Assembly (NCBI GenBank): GCA_025363275.1
Contig: JANYEE010000156.1
Location: 5,215 to 69,214, forward strand
Direction: 5' to 3'
Length of the DNA stretch: 64,000 nucleotides
DNA from: Burkholderiales bacterium
Lineage (GTDB): Bacteria; Pseudomonadota; Gammaproteobacteria; Burkholderiales; Burkholderiaceae_C
Shown here: positions 25,527-35,649 of the stretch, in pieces
How positions within the stretch are numbered: position 1 is the first letter of the stretch
Layout of the letters: the number at the start of each line of letters is the position of its first letter
Notes under the pieces: model-generated
What the model was told of the DNA's origin: nothing
Database searches by the model: none
The model's input: only the letters and a program-made list of their open reading frames with translations
Program-made: the position numbers and the translations under genes

Positions 25527-25583
25527 GCCTTTTATGCCTGGGGCCCAGGTAAAACCTGCCTCAGCAGCTCCTAAATTCATAGC
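25527..25583 (-). repeat. Intergenic modular repeat, copy Y (body inverted)
   Basis: The reverse complement reads GCTATGAATTTAGGAGC + TGCTGAGGCAGGTTTTACCTGGGCC + CCAGGCATAAAAGGC. The plus-strand 17-mer at 25567-25583 is identical to 10944-10960 and directly abuts the ruvC ATG. Confidence 0.8.
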
Positions 25584-26156
25584 ATGCGAATCTTGGGTAT
25601 CGATCCTGGTCTGCGCACCACTGGCTTTGGCCTGGTGGATGTGGTGGGTGCCGACTTGCACTATGTAGCCAGTGGCGTCATCAGCACCCAACACCTGGAC
25701 ACACGCGCACTGCCCGAGCGCTTAAAGGTACTGTTTGATGGCATTGGCGAGGTGGTACAGCGCTACCAGCCCACCTGTGCGTCGGTCGAAATTGTCTTTG
25801 TGAATGTGAACCCCCAGTCCACTTTGCTGCTGGGCCAGGCACGCGGCGCCTTGATTACCGCGCTAGTGAACGCCAACTTGGCTGTCGCTGAATACACCGC
25901 TTTACAGATGAAGCAGGCGGTGGTGGGCTATGGACGGGCAGACAAAGTGCAAATCCAATCGATGGTGCAGCGGCTGCTCGCTCTGCCCGGCCTGCCAGGA
26001 CCGGACGCCGCCGATGCGCTGGGCCTGGCCATCACCCACGCCCACGCGGGCAAGGCAATGGCGCGTATGGCGCTGGCCGATGGCATTGGGGGGACTACAA
26101 ACGTGAAGGGCGGCGGAAAAGGCAAGTCGACTTACAAAGACGGGCGCCGCGGCTAG
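25584..26156 (+). CDS. ruvC: Holliday junction resolvase RuvC
   Basis: The protein begins [16 protein letters not shown] and contains the [13 protein letters not shown] motif. The extra C-terminal tail of about 20 aa is Gly/Lys-rich. Confidence 0.95.
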   Translation: MRILGIDPGLRTTGFGLVDVVGADLHYVASGVISTQHLDTRALPERLKVLFDGIGEVVQRYQPTCASVEIVFVNVNPQSTLLLGQARGALITALVNANLAVAEYTALQMKQAVVGYGRADKVQIQSMVQRLLALPGLPGPDAADALGLAITHAHAGKAMARMALADGIGGTTNVKGGGKGKSTYKDGRRG

Positions 26157-26160
26157 CTGC

Positions 26161-26460
26161 TTACGCTTTTTGATCCAGCAAAACGCCCGCTAGTTTGTCG
26201 CTGGTTTTGAACACCGCCAGATTGGCCAAAAAGCTGTTTTTGGCTTGCAATTGGGCCACAACATCAGCCTCCAATGACGAGCCCACAGCCTCAGCCTGCT
26301 CCGTCTGGGCTTGCACACCACCACCCTCCTTGGGCGTTTGCACTACTTCCTGGCGGCGGTAGCCGGGCGTAGCCAAATTGGCCACGTTATTGGCCGAAGC
26401 CTGAAGCTGGGTTTGCGCCGCGCTCATGCCCGACAGGGCGATGGAAGAAATAGAGGCCAT
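26161..26460 (-). CDS. Minimal flagellar basal-body rod-family protein (99 aa)
   Basis: The N-terminus IALSGMSAAQTQLQASANNVANLATPGYRRQEV carries the axial-protein hallmark ANNxAN..T.GY[KR]. The C-terminus LQAKNSFLANLAVFKTSDKLAGVL resembles the conserved C-terminal helix of rod and hook proteins. An AGGA lies about 10 nt upstream of the ATG. Confidence 0.65.
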   Translation of the reverse strand: MASISSIALSGMSAAQTQLQASANNVANLATPGYRRQEVVQTPKEGGGVQAQTEQAEAVGSSLEADVVAQLQAKNSFLANLAVFKTSDKLAGVLLDQKA

Positions 26461-26534
26461 GGTGTGTGTCCTGCAAAGGAGATGGACAAATTATGCGCCC
26501 GACATCGCCAGGCACCAAGCCAGTGCGGCTGGCC

Positions 26535-27458
26535 TTACCAGGCGCGCGCCGGCTGCGCAAAGCCAACCGGGGCTTCGCGCACGTCTTCAAAGGTCACGAT
26601 TTCCCAGGCGTCAGAGTGCGACAGCAGCTCGCGCAGGAGCTTGTTGTTCAGCGCGTGGCCTGAGCGGAAAGCGCTAAAGGCTGCCAGCAGGGGTTTGCCA
26701 ATCACGTACAGGTCGCCCATCGCGTCAAGAATCTTGTGTTTGACGAATTCATCGTCGTAGCGCAAGCCATCGGAGTTCAAAACTTTGTAGTCGTCCATCA
26801 CGATGGCATTGTCCAGACCACCGCCTAAGGCAAGGCCATTGGCGCGCATCATTTCCACATCTTTGGTGAAGCCAAAGGTGCGGGCGCGGGCAATGTCGCG
26901 GGAGTACGAGCCAGTGCTCATGTCAAACTCGACCATTTGCCCGGATGAGTCCACGGCGGGATGGTTGAATTCGATCTCGAAGCGCAGCTTGTAGCCGTGA
27001 AAAGGGTCCAGTCGGGCCCACTTTTCATTGGCACCGCTGCCCTCACGCACTTCTACGGGTTTGAGCACGCGGATAAAGCGGCGCGGCACGTTTTGCAGCT
27101 CAATGCCGGCGCTTTGCAGCAAGAACACGAACGAAGCGGCTGAACCATCGAGGATCGGCACCTCTTCGGCTGTAATGTCCACATACAGATTGTCCACGCC
27201 CAGGCCAGCGCAGGCCGACATCAAGTGTTCTACAGTGGCGACCTTGGCGTTGCCGCTGGACACCGTAGAGGCCATGCGCGTGTCTGTCACGGCAGTGGCG
27301 CTCATCACAATGTCCACCGGGTCGGGCAAATCCACCCGGCGAAAGACGATGCCCGTATCAGGCGCCGCCGGTCGCAGGGTCAACTCGACACGCTGGCCAC
27401 TGTGAAGACCCACGCCCACGGCGCGGGTCAGAGACTTGAGGGTTCTTTGTTTTAACAC
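26535..27458 (-). CDS. lpxC: UDP-3-O-acyl-N-acetylglucosamine deacetylase
   Basis: The protein begins MLKQRTLK, covers the full-length LpxC fold ([10 protein letters not shown]) and follows ftsZ. Confidence 0.96.
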   Translation of the reverse strand: MLKQRTLKSLTRAVGVGLHSGQRVELTLRPAAPDTGIVFRRVDLPDPVDIVMSATAVTDTRMASTVSSGNAKVATVEHLMSACAGLGVDNLYVDITAEEVPILDGSAASFVFLLQSAGIELQNVPRRFIRVLKPVEVREGSGANEKWARLDPFHGYKLRFEIEFNHPAVDSSGQMVEFDMSTGSYSRDIARARTFGFTKDVEMMRANGLALGGGLDNAIVMDDYKVLNSDGLRYDDEFVKHKILDAMGDLYVIGKPLLAAFSAFRSGHALNNKLLRELLSHSDAWEIVTFEDVREAPVGFAQPARAW

Positions 27459-27470
27459 GCTACGATTTTA

Positions 27471-28736
27471 CTAGTCAGCTTGCTTTCTGAGGAAAGCGGG
27501 GATTTCGTAGTCATCCATGCCGCCGCTAGACAAAGCATCTACTTTGGCCGCCGCCTGGGTGCGGTTGGTGCGCCACACGCTGGGGGTAGACATACCCGCG
27601 TAGTCGGGTTGGGCTCCGCCCATATTTGTCATACCGTTGCCCACATGACCCGCAGTGCCACCCAAACTTGCGTTTGCGCCGCTGGCCACCGGGGTGTTCA
27701 GCGTTGGCACATGGAAATGCACGTTGTCGGTACCGGTGCGCAGCACTTGCAATGGGGGCGCTGTGCGGCGGATACCTTGGCGGCTCAAGCCAGTGGCGAC
27801 CACAGTCACGCGGATGTCTTCGCCGAGCGAATCGTCGTACGCTGTGCCGTAGATCACGTGTGCGTCAGACGAAGCGTAGGCGCGGATGGTGTTCATCGCC
27901 AGCTTGGATTCGGACAGCTTCAACGAACCCTTGGCCGCGGTGATCAACACCAGCACGCCTTTGGCGCCAGATAGGTCAATACCTTCCAACAACGGGCAAG
28001 CCACCGCTTGTTCTGCCGCAATGCGCGCGCGGTCGGGACCATTGGCCACAGCGGTGCCCATCATGGCCTTGCCTGGCTCTCCCATCACGGTACGCACATC
28101 TTCAAAGTCAACGTTGACATGGCCGGGCACATTGATGATTTCGGCAATACCGCCAACGGCGTTCTTCAACACGTCATTGGCGTGGGCAAAGGCTTCGTCC
28201 TGGCTCACGTCGTCGCCCAGCACTTCCAGCAGCTTCTCGTTCAGCACCACGATCAGCGAATCCACATTGGCCTCGAGTTCGGCCAAACCAGCGTCCGCAT
28301 TGGTCATGCGTCGGCCGCCTTCAAAGTCAAAAGGCTTGGTCACCACGCCCACCGTCAAGATGCCCATCTCTTTGGCCACGCGGGCAATCACAGGCGCCGC
28401 GCCGGTGCCAGTGCCGCCGCCCATTCCAGCGGTGATGAACAACATGTGCGCGCCATCAATCGCTGCGCGGATAGCGTCCTCGGCCATTTCAGCGGCATCA
28501 CGTCCCTTGTCAGGTTTGCTGCCCGCGCCCAAACCACTGCCACCCAGCTGAATAGTCTTGTGCGCAGTACTGCGGGAGAGTGCCTGCGCATCGGTATTCG
28601 CGCAAATGAATTCCACGCCACCCACCGCAGTGCTGATCATGTGCTCCACGGCATTTCCGCCGCCACCGCCGACTCCGATCACCTTGATTTGTGTGCCTTG
28701 GTTAAACGCTTCTTCTTCAATCATTTCGATGGGCAT
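27471..28736 (-). CDS. ftsZ: Cell division protein FtsZ
   Basis: The tubulin signature GGGTGTGAAPV is present, and the C-terminal peptide DYEIPAFLRKQAD matches FtsZ. Confidence 0.98.
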   Translation of the reverse strand: MPIEMIEEEAFNQGTQIKVIGVGGGGGNAVEHMISTAVGGVEFICANTDAQALSRSTAHKTIQLGGSGLGAGSKPDKGRDAAEMAEDAIRAAIDGAHMLFITAGMGGGTGTGAAPVIARVAKEMGILTVGVVTKPFDFEGGRRMTNADAGLAELEANVDSLIVVLNEKLLEVLGDDVSQDEAFAHANDVLKNAVGGIAEIINVPGHVNVDFEDVRTVMGEPGKAMMGTAVANGPDRARIAAEQAVACPLLEGIDLSGAKGVLVLITAAKGSLKLSESKLAMNTIRAYASSDAHVIYGTAYDDSLGEDIRVTVVATGLSRQGIRRTAPPLQVLRTGTDNVHFHVPTLNTPVASGANASLGGTAGHVGNGMTNMGGAQPDYAGMSTPSVWRTNRTQAAAKVDALSSGGMDDYEIPAFLRKQAD

Positions 28737-28874
28737 GTTGTTACTCCTGAAAAATTTAATAAATGGGTCTGAATCAAAAATAGGGGACTTGCGGGTTGGG
28801 TCATGAAGGCGGGTCTACGCACCTCCGTCGTCGGTGCGGGCTGCCCCGCGCTAACCAAATTTTGTTATCCATGG

Positions 28875-30104
28875 TCAGAAGTTCCCTACAAACCAGTCTT
28901 TGACCGATCCAAAGGCCGACTTCATCGAACCGGCCTTTTGCGCCACCTTGTAGCCGCGCATGCGGCCCAGGCGGGCTTCTTCCAGCAGGCCCATCACGGT
29001 GGCAGCTCGGGGCTGTGCCACCATGTCGGACAGCGCACCGGAATACTTGGGGATACCGCGGCGCACTGGTTTTAAGAAGATGTCTTCGCCCAGCTCCACC
29101 ATGCCGGGCATGATGCAGCTGCCACCGGTGAGTACGATGCCGCTAGATAGAACTTCCTCAAAGCCCGACTCGCGCATCACCTGGTTAACCAAGCTAAAAA
29201 TTTCTTCAATACGCGGTTCGATCACACCGGCCAACGCCTGGCGGCTCAGCATGCGCGGGCCACGATCACCGAGTCCGGGCACTTCCACTTGCGTCTCGGG
29301 GTCCACCAGCAATTGTTTGGCGTGGCCGCTTTCTACCTTGATATCTTCGGCGTCTTTGGTCGGTGTGCGCAGGGCCATCGCAATGTCGCTGGTGATCAGG
29401 TCACCGGCAATCGGAATCACGGCGGTGTGGCGAATCGAGCCATTGGTAAAGATCGTCACATCCGTTGTCCCCGCGCCAATATCTACCAGCGCCACGCCCA
29501 GTTCTCGCTCGTCTTCGGTCAACACACTCAGGCTACTGGCTAGCGGATTCAGCATCAGCTGATCGACTTCGAGGCCGCAGCGGCGTACGCACTTGACGAT
29601 GTTTTCTGCCGCGGCTTGCGAACCAGTCACGATGTGGACCTTCACCTCGAGGCGAATGCCGCTCATGCCAATCGGCTCTTTCACCAGTTGGCCGTCGATG
29701 ATGAATTCTTGGGGCTCCACCAGCAGCAAGCGCTGGTCGGCCGAGATGCTGATGGCCTTGGCGGTTTCGACGACACGTGCGACATCAGCTGCCGTCACTT
29801 CCCGGTCCTTGATAGCCACCATGCCGCTGGAATTCATACCGCGGATATGGCTGCCCGTGATGCCGGTGTAGACCCGCGTTATCTTGCAGTCGGCCATCAA
29901 TTCGGCTTCGCGCAGAGCCTGCTGGATGCTTTGCACCGTGGCATCAATATTGACCACCACGCCGCGCTTGAGCCCATTGCTGGGCGCCACGCCCAAGCCC
30001 GCCAGCTTGAGCTTGCCATCGGGCATGACTTCTGCCACCACCGCCATGACTTTGGCAGTGCCGATGTCGAGGCCGACGACCAGATCTTTATATTCTTTTG
30101 CCAT
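28875..30104 (-). CDS. ftsA: Cell division protein FtsA
   Basis: An actin-like ATPase (VGLDIGTAK, VDIGAGTTD) in the expected dcw position. Confidence 0.97.
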   Translation of the reverse strand: MAKEYKDLVVGLDIGTAKVMAVVAEVMPDGKLKLAGLGVAPSNGLKRGVVVNIDATVQSIQQALREAELMADCKITRVYTGITGSHIRGMNSSGMVAIKDREVTAADVARVVETAKAISISADQRLLLVEPQEFIIDGQLVKEPIGMSGIRLEVKVHIVTGSQAAAENIVKCVRRCGLEVDQLMLNPLASSLSVLTEDERELGVALVDIGAGTTDVTIFTNGSIRHTAVIPIAGDLITSDIAMALRTPTKDAEDIKVESGHAKQLLVDPETQVEVPGLGDRGPRMLSRQALAGVIEPRIEEIFSLVNQVMRESGFEEVLSSGIVLTGGSCIMPGMVELGEDIFLKPVRRGIPKYSGALSDMVAQPRAATVMGLLEEARLGRMRGYKVAQKAGSMKSAFGSVKDWFVGNF

Positions 30105-30136
30105 ATTCAGTCCTGTAAATCCTGCTCGGTTTTGCG

Positions 30137-30919
30137 TTACTTCTTGGGGGTGTCGGCCACGGTAGTGCTCACACCGCGCAGCTTCAGGGCGTAGCCGTTG
30201 TCATGCCGTAAATCGGCCGACTCCACCGCGTTCGCATGCCGTCCATACCGTGCAGCCACCTGGGTTACGGTTTTCAAAAACCGCTGTACGCGGGCTGCCA
30301 CTTCCTCAATCGACCCCCGCCCCATCTCAATGTCCGCACCGTTGTCCAGGTGAACGCGCCAGCTTCCGCGACCCGTCAGCTCCACCTGTTCCAGCTCCAA
30401 GTCCAGGGCCAAAAACAGAGGCTTTAGCGTGCGATACATGTTCAACACTTCTACGCTTTGGCCCTCAGGCCCACTCAGGCGCGGCAACATGTCCTGCTCA
30501 ACCTCGCCCACATTGGCTTCAAATACTTCGCCGTAGTTGTTAATCAATTGCGAATCGCCTTCGCTGCCCCAGTAGGCGACGGCCTGGTGCTCTTGCAGCT
30601 TCACCAGCAAGCGGTTCGGAAAGTCGCGCCGCACCACCGCCTGGCGTACCCAAGGCACCGACTCGAACACGCCACGCACCTGCGTCAGATCGACAGTGAA
30701 GAAGGTGCCGCCGATGCGCGGTGCCACATTGGCGCGCAAGTTCAATGCGCTGTTGTGGGTCACTTCGCCGGTAACGGTGATTCCGGCAATATCAAAAATA
30801 GGCAAGCGCGCGGCCCACCGGGCTGTCGCCACCGCGCCCAGAATGCAAAAACCGACGAGCAAGACCACAGCGGTCGTGTTCATCAGCTTGACATCCAGCG
30901 GGGTAGCTACTGGGTTCAT
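30137..30919 (-). CDS. ftsQ: Cell division protein FtsQ
   Basis: It has a single transmembrane segment plus a POTRA/FtsQ-type domain. The start was trimmed to ATG 30919, which forms an ATGA overlap with the ddl stop. Confidence 0.9.
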   Translation of the reverse strand: MNPVATPLDVKLMNTTAVVLLVGFCILGAVATARWAARLPIFDIAGITVTGEVTHNSALNLRANVAPRIGGTFFTVDLTQVRGVFESVPWVRQAVVRRDFPNRLLVKLQEHQAVAYWGSEGDSQLINNYGEVFEANVGEVEQDMLPRLSGPEGQSVEVLNMYRTLKPLFLALDLELEQVELTGRGSWRVHLDNGADIEMGRGSIEEVAARVQRFLKTVTQVAARYGRHANAVESADLRHDNGYALKLRGVSTTVADTPKK

Positions 30920-31881
30920 ACAACTTTCCCTGTATCCAGCGCAGCGCTTTGCAGCAGGCGTACGCACAAATCTTCGTAACTAATACCCGCCGCCCGGGCC
31001 GACTTGGGCACCAACGAATGGCTGGTCATACCGGGCGAGGTATTGATCTCCAGCAAATAGGGCTTGCGTGTCTTGCCATCAATCATTACGTCCACCCGGC
31101 CCCAGCCGCGGCAATCCAACACACGATAGGCCTTGAGCACCAGCGCCTGGATGGCCTCTTCTTCACCTTCAGGCAAGCCGCAGGGCACCAGGTATTGGGT
31201 GGTGTCGGTGAAGTACTTGTTTTGGTAGTCGTAGTTGCCCTCGGGCGCCACGATGCGGATCACCGGCAGTGCGTAAGCGTCGTCACCGTTACCCAACACC
31301 GGGCAGGTCACTTCATCGCCTTCGATGCATTCTTCGCACAAAATATGCGAGTCCAGCTTGCCGGCTTCGGCCACCGCTTCGGCCATGCCAGAGTAGCCGG
31401 CTACTTTGGTCACGCCAAAGGACGAACCCTCGTGCGCAGGTTTGACGATGACGGGCAGGCCCAGGGTATCCGGTACCTCGATAACTCTTTGCCGGTCAAA
31501 CGCGCCTTGGCGCAAGAGCGCGTAGCGTGGTGTGGGAATGCCTTCTGCAATCCAGATGCGCTTGGTCATGACTTTGTCCATGGCAATGCTGGAGGCCATG
31601 ACACCCGAACCGGTATAGGGAATACCCAACAGCTCGAGTGCGCCCTGCACCGCGCCACCCTCACCCAGGCGGCCATGCAGGGCAATAAAGCAGCGCGCAA
31701 AACCATCCCGCTTGAGCTCCGAGAGGTCGCGCTCAGAAGGGTCGAAGGCATGGGCATCAACACCCTTGGAAAGTAATGCCTGCAAGACACCCGCACCCGA
31801 CATCAGCGATACCTCGCGTTCCGTCGAATGACCGCCCATCAACACGGCTACTTTGCCTAAATATGTAAGGTTTTGGCTCAT
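30916..31881 (-). CDS. ddl: D-alanine--D-alanine ligase
   Basis: An ATP-grasp Ddl ([22 protein letters not shown]) in the expected dcw position. Confidence 0.96.
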   Translation of the reverse strand: MSQNLTYLGKVAVLMGGHSTEREVSLMSGAGVLQALLSKGVDAHAFDPSERDLSELKRDGFARCFIALHGRLGEGGAVQGALELLGIPYTGSGVMASSIAMDKVMTKRIWIAEGIPTPRYALLRQGAFDRQRVIEVPDTLGLPVIVKPAHEGSSFGVTKVAGYSGMAEAVAEAGKLDSHILCEECIEGDEVTCPVLGNGDDAYALPVIRIVAPEGNYDYQNKYFTDTTQYLVPCGLPEGEEEAIQALVLKAYRVLDCRGWGRVDVMIDGKTRKPYLLEINTSPGMTSHSLVPKSARAAGISYEDLCVRLLQSAALDTGKVV

Positions 31882-33332
31882 GGCCCAGACCTTTCCTGCC
31901 TAGCCTGCTCTGTTTTTTGTAGCAAGCTAACAACTTTTCCTGGTACGCCACCAATCGATCCTGCCCCCATGCACAGCAGCACATCACCCGGTTGGGCGTT
32001 GTCAATCGCGGCCTGTGCCATGGTGCTGATGTCGTCCACAAAAATAGGCTCGACCTTGCCGCCAATGCGCAGGGCACGGGCCAAGGCACGCCCATCGGCC
32101 GCTACGATGGGGGCCTCACCGGCGGCATAGACCTCGGCCAGCAAAACGGAGTCCGCCAGGGCCATGACCTTGACGAAGTCTTCAAAGCAATCGCGTGTGC
32201 GGCTGTAGCGATGCGGTTGAAAGGCCAGCACCAAGCGGCGGCCTTCAAACGCGCCACGGGCCGCGGCCAGCGTGGCTGCCATCTCCACCGGGTGGTGGCC
32301 ATAGTCGTCAATAACCGTCACGATGCCGCCCGGCTTGCCATCCCTACTGGGCAACGGCAGGTCGCCATAGCGCTGAAAGCGCCTGCCCACCCCCTTGAAC
32401 TCAGCCAATGCCGCCACTACGGCAGGATCTGCAACGTCCAACTCCACCGCCACCGCAATCGCCGACAGGGCATTGAGCACGTTGTGGCGACCGGGCAAGT
32501 TCAGCACCACATCCAGATCAGGCAGCACCACACCATTACGTCGCTGTACGGTGAAGTGCATTTGCGCCCCCACTGCCCGCACATTGACCGCGCGCACCTG
32601 GGCGTCTTCATTGAAGCCGTAGCTGGTGATGGGACGTGTGACCTGGCCCAGGATGTCCTGAATGCCGGGGTCATCAGTACACAAAATGGCAGTGCCATAG
32701 AACGGCATGCGGTGCAGGAATTCCACAAACGCGTTCTTCAAACGGCCCACGTCGTGACCGTAGGTTTCCATGTGGTCGGCGTCGATATTGGTCACCACCG
32801 CCATGACAGGCAGCAAGTTCAAGAAGGATGCATCCGACTCATCGGCTTCGACCACGATGTAGTCACCACTGCCCAGCTTGGCGTTGGCACCGGCGCTGTT
32901 GAGGCGGCCGCCAATCACAAAAGTTGGGTCCAATCCGGCCTGCGCCAGCACGCTGGCCACTAGGCTGGTCGTGGTGGTCTTGCCATGGGTTCCAGCAATC
33001 GCAATGCCTTGTTTGAGACGCATCAGCTCAGCCAGCATCAGCGCGCGGGGTACCACGGGGATACGCCGGGCGCGTGCCGCCACCACTTCAGGGTTGTCAC
33101 CTTGCACCGCAGTGGATGTGACGACGGCATCTGCAGCAGCCACATTGGATTCAGCGTGACCCACATAGGTTTGTATGCCCAACGAGGCCAGGCGCTGCAA
33201 GGTCGCGCTATCGGCCAAGTCCGAACCGGAAATGGTGTAGCCGAGGTTGCTGAGCACCTCGGCGATGCCGGACATGCCGGAGCCGCCGATACCCACAAAG
33301 TGAATATGTCGAATGGCGTGCTTCATGCGCAC
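31878..33332 (-). CDS. murC: UDP-N-acetylmuramate--L-alanine ligase
   Basis: Motifs [12 protein letters not shown] and GTHGKTTT are present. The start is either 33332 or 33326. Confidence 0.97.
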   Translation of the reverse strand: MRMKHAIRHIHFVGIGGSGMSGIAEVLSNLGYTISGSDLADSATLQRLASLGIQTYVGHAESNVAAADAVVTSTAVQGDNPEVVAARARRIPVVPRALMLAELMRLKQGIAIAGTHGKTTTTSLVASVLAQAGLDPTFVIGGRLNSAGANAKLGSGDYIVVEADESDASFLNLLPVMAVVTNIDADHMETYGHDVGRLKNAFVEFLHRMPFYGTAILCTDDPGIQDILGQVTRPITSYGFNEDAQVRAVNVRAVGAQMHFTVQRRNGVVLPDLDVVLNLPGRHNVLNALSAIAVAVELDVADPAVVAALAEFKGVGRRFQRYGDLPLPSRDGKPGGIVTVIDDYGHHPVEMAATLAAARGAFEGRRLVLAFQPHRYSRTRDCFEDFVKVMALADSVLLAEVYAAGEAPIVAADGRALARALRIGGKVEPIFVDDISTMAQAAIDNAQPGDVLLCMGAGSIGGVPGKVVSLLQKTEQARQERSGP

Positions 33333-34387
33333 AACTCCTCACAGGCGGCCACCACTGCAGCGGTGGCACCTGTTTTCTGTAATGTTTTAGCTTGCAGCGC
33401 AAGTTTCATAAGCGCAGGACGCTCTGTTTTTTGTAGCATGGCAGCCAGGCTTTGTGGGGTGAGTTCCGTCTGCGGCAGCAACCAGGCTGCGCCCTGCGCC
33501 ACCAGAAACTGCGCGTTGCGGGTTTGGTGGTCGTCCACCGCCGACGGGAAAGGTACAAACACGGCCGCCGCACCCACGGCGGCGATCTCGGTCACGGTGC
33601 TAGCGCCCGCGCGGCATATCACCAGATCGGCATCGGCAAAGGCCTGCGCTGTGTCTTCAATAAAGGGGGTCAGGCTGGCGGCAACACCCGCCTTGACGTA
33701 GTTGGCGCGCAAGGTTTCGATCTGCTTTTCACCGCTCTGGTGGGTCACCACCGGGCGTTGCGCGGGGTCGATCAAGGCCAGCGCCTGCGGGACAATGGAG
33801 TTCAACGCCGTGGCACCCAAACTGCCGCCCACCACCAGCACCCGCAGTGGCCCAGTGCGCCCGGCAAAGCGACTCTGGGGATCGGCCTGAGTCATGAAAC
33901 TCGCGCGCAACGGGTTGCCAACCCACTGACCTTGCGTAAACACTTGGGGGAAAGCGGTAAAGACGCGGTCTGACACGCGCGCCAGCATTTTGTTGGCCAT
34001 ACCAGCCACCGAGTTTTGTTCGTGCAATACCAGGGCCTTGCCCAAAAAGGTGGCCATCATGCCGCCCGGAAACGAGATGTAGCCACCCAGGCCCACCACG
34101 ACTTGCGGCTGCACACGTCGGATGATCTGCAGGCTTTGCCAGAAGGCGCGCAAAAGGCGCAGTGGCAGCACTGCGAGGGTGCGCAGGCCCTTGCCACGCA
34201 CTCCCGAGAAATCGACTAACTCCAGCGGAAAACCTTGCGGCGGTATCAGGCGGCTTTCCATGCTGCCCGGTGCGCCCAGCCAGTGCACGCGCCAACCCTT
34301 GTCGCGTAATGCGTGCGCGACTGCCAGACCCGGAAAGATGTGGCCCCCGGTTCCACCCGCCATGATGAGTGCGCACTTTTGCGTCAT
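33323..34387 (-). CDS. murG: Undecaprenyldiphospho-muramoylpentapeptide beta-N-acetylglucosaminyltransferase
   Basis: Contains the [16 protein letters not shown] motif and lies in the expected dcw position. Confidence 0.97.
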   Translation of the reverse strand: MTQKCALIMAGGTGGHIFPGLAVAHALRDKGWRVHWLGAPGSMESRLIPPQGFPLELVDFSGVRGKGLRTLAVLPLRLLRAFWQSLQIIRRVQPQVVVGLGGYISFPGGMMATFLGKALVLHEQNSVAGMANKMLARVSDRVFTAFPQVFTQGQWVGNPLRASFMTQADPQSRFAGRTGPLRVLVVGGSLGATALNSIVPQALALIDPAQRPVVTHQSGEKQIETLRANYVKAGVAASLTPFIEDTAQAFADADLVICRAGASTVTEIAAVGAAAVFVPFPSAVDDHQTRNAQFLVAQGAAWLLPQTELTPQSLAAMLQKTERPALMKLALQAKTLQKTGATAAVVAACEELCA

Positions 34388-35649
34388 ACCCGGCCTCCAT
34401 GCATCAGTTGCCGGTTCTCAAAATCAATACGCAACACAACCGCTATCGCCACCAAATTGACCAGGATGGCTGAGCCGCCGTAGCTCATCAACGGGAGCGT
34501 CAAACCCTTGGTGGGCAGAGCGCCCAGGTTCACGCCCATGTTAATGAAGGATTGAAACCCCATCCAGATGCCCACGCCCTGAGCCACCAACCCGGCAAAC
34601 ACGCGGTCCAGCGCAATCGCCTGCCGGCCGATGTGCATGATGCGGCGGGTCAGCCACAAGAACAGACCAATGATGATGAGAACGCCCACCAGGCCGAATT
34701 CTTCGCCAATCACGGCCAGCAAAAAGTCGGTATGCGCTTCGGGTAGCCAATGCAGTTTTTCCACGCTGCCGCCCAAGCCCACACCAAAAATTTCACCCCT
34801 CCCAATCGCAATCAAAGAATGCGACAACTGGTAGCCCTTGCCCAATGCGTATTTCTCGGTCCAGGGGTCCAGGTAGGCAAAGATGCGCTCGCGGCGCCAG
34901 TCGCTTAGAGCGATCATCAGCGCAAAGGCGACCACCAGAATCGCCGCAATCAAAAAGAACATGCGGGCGTTCACGCCACCCAAAAACAGAATACTCATAG
35001 CGATCACCGCAATCACCATGAAGCCACCCATATCGGGTTCGGCCAGCAGCAGCAGCCCGACCACCGCTACGGCCAGCGCCATGGGCGATACGGCACGGAA
35101 GAAGTGCTCTTTCACATCCATCTTGCGGACCATGTAATCCGACGCGTACAGCAGCACGGCAAACTTGGCCAGCTCAGAGGGCTGGAAGTTCATGATGCCC
35201 AGCACGATCCAGCGCCGCGCACCGTTAACACCTTTGCCAATGAAAGGCACCAACACCAGCATCAGTAACACGAGCGATGCCACGAACAACCATGGCGCGA
35301 GCTTTTCCCAGGTGCGGATCGGTACCTGGAATGCGATCAGCGCGGCTACAAAGGCGACACCGACCGAAATCAGATGGCGCATCAAAAAGTGGGTGTGCGT
35401 GTAGTTTGAGAAGCGCGGGTTGTCCGGCATGGCGATCGATGCGGAATACACCATCACCATGCCCCACATCAGCAAGGCTACTGTGACCCAGACCAAAGGC
35501 TGATCGAAGCCACGCACCGTGGCGGGCGCCGTGGTGGTCGAAAAAGAACCGCGACCACCCAAACGCACCGGCAGCACGCCGCCTGCGCCATCGGCACCCG
35601 CCGTGCGGGCGGCCCACCAGCCGGCAATACCCTGAAGTACCGCGCTCAT
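34384..35649 (-). CDS. ftsW: SEDS-family cell division protein FtsW
   Basis: A polytopic SEDS protein ([32 protein letters not shown]) located between murD and murG. Confidence 0.96.
   Translation of the reverse strand: MSAVLQGIAGWWAARTAGADGAGGVLPVRLGGRGSFSTTTAPATVRGFDQPLVWVTVALLMWGMVMVYSASIAMPDNPRFSNYTHTHFLMRHLISVGVAFVAALIAFQVPIRTWEKLAPWLFVASLVLLMLVLVPFIGKGVNGARRWIVLGIMNFQPSELAKFAVLLYASDYMVRKMDVKEHFFRAVSPMALAVAVVGLLLLAEPDMGGFMVIAVIAMSILFLGGVNARMFFLIAAILVVAFALMIALSDWRRERIFAYLDPWTEKYALGKGYQLSHSLIAIGRGEIFGVGLGGSVEKLHWLPEAHTDFLLAVIGEEFGLVGVLIIIGLFLWLTRRIMHIGRQAIALDRVFAGLVAQGVGIWMGFQSFINMGVNLGALPTKGLTLPLMSYGGSAILVNLVAIAVVLRIDFENRQLMHGGRV

Noticed and set aside
27886-28772. Two long plus-strand ORFs (221 and 254 aa) antisense to ftsZ
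   Set aside because: ftsZ on the minus strand is unambiguous (tubulin signature). The antisense ORFs are low-complexity.
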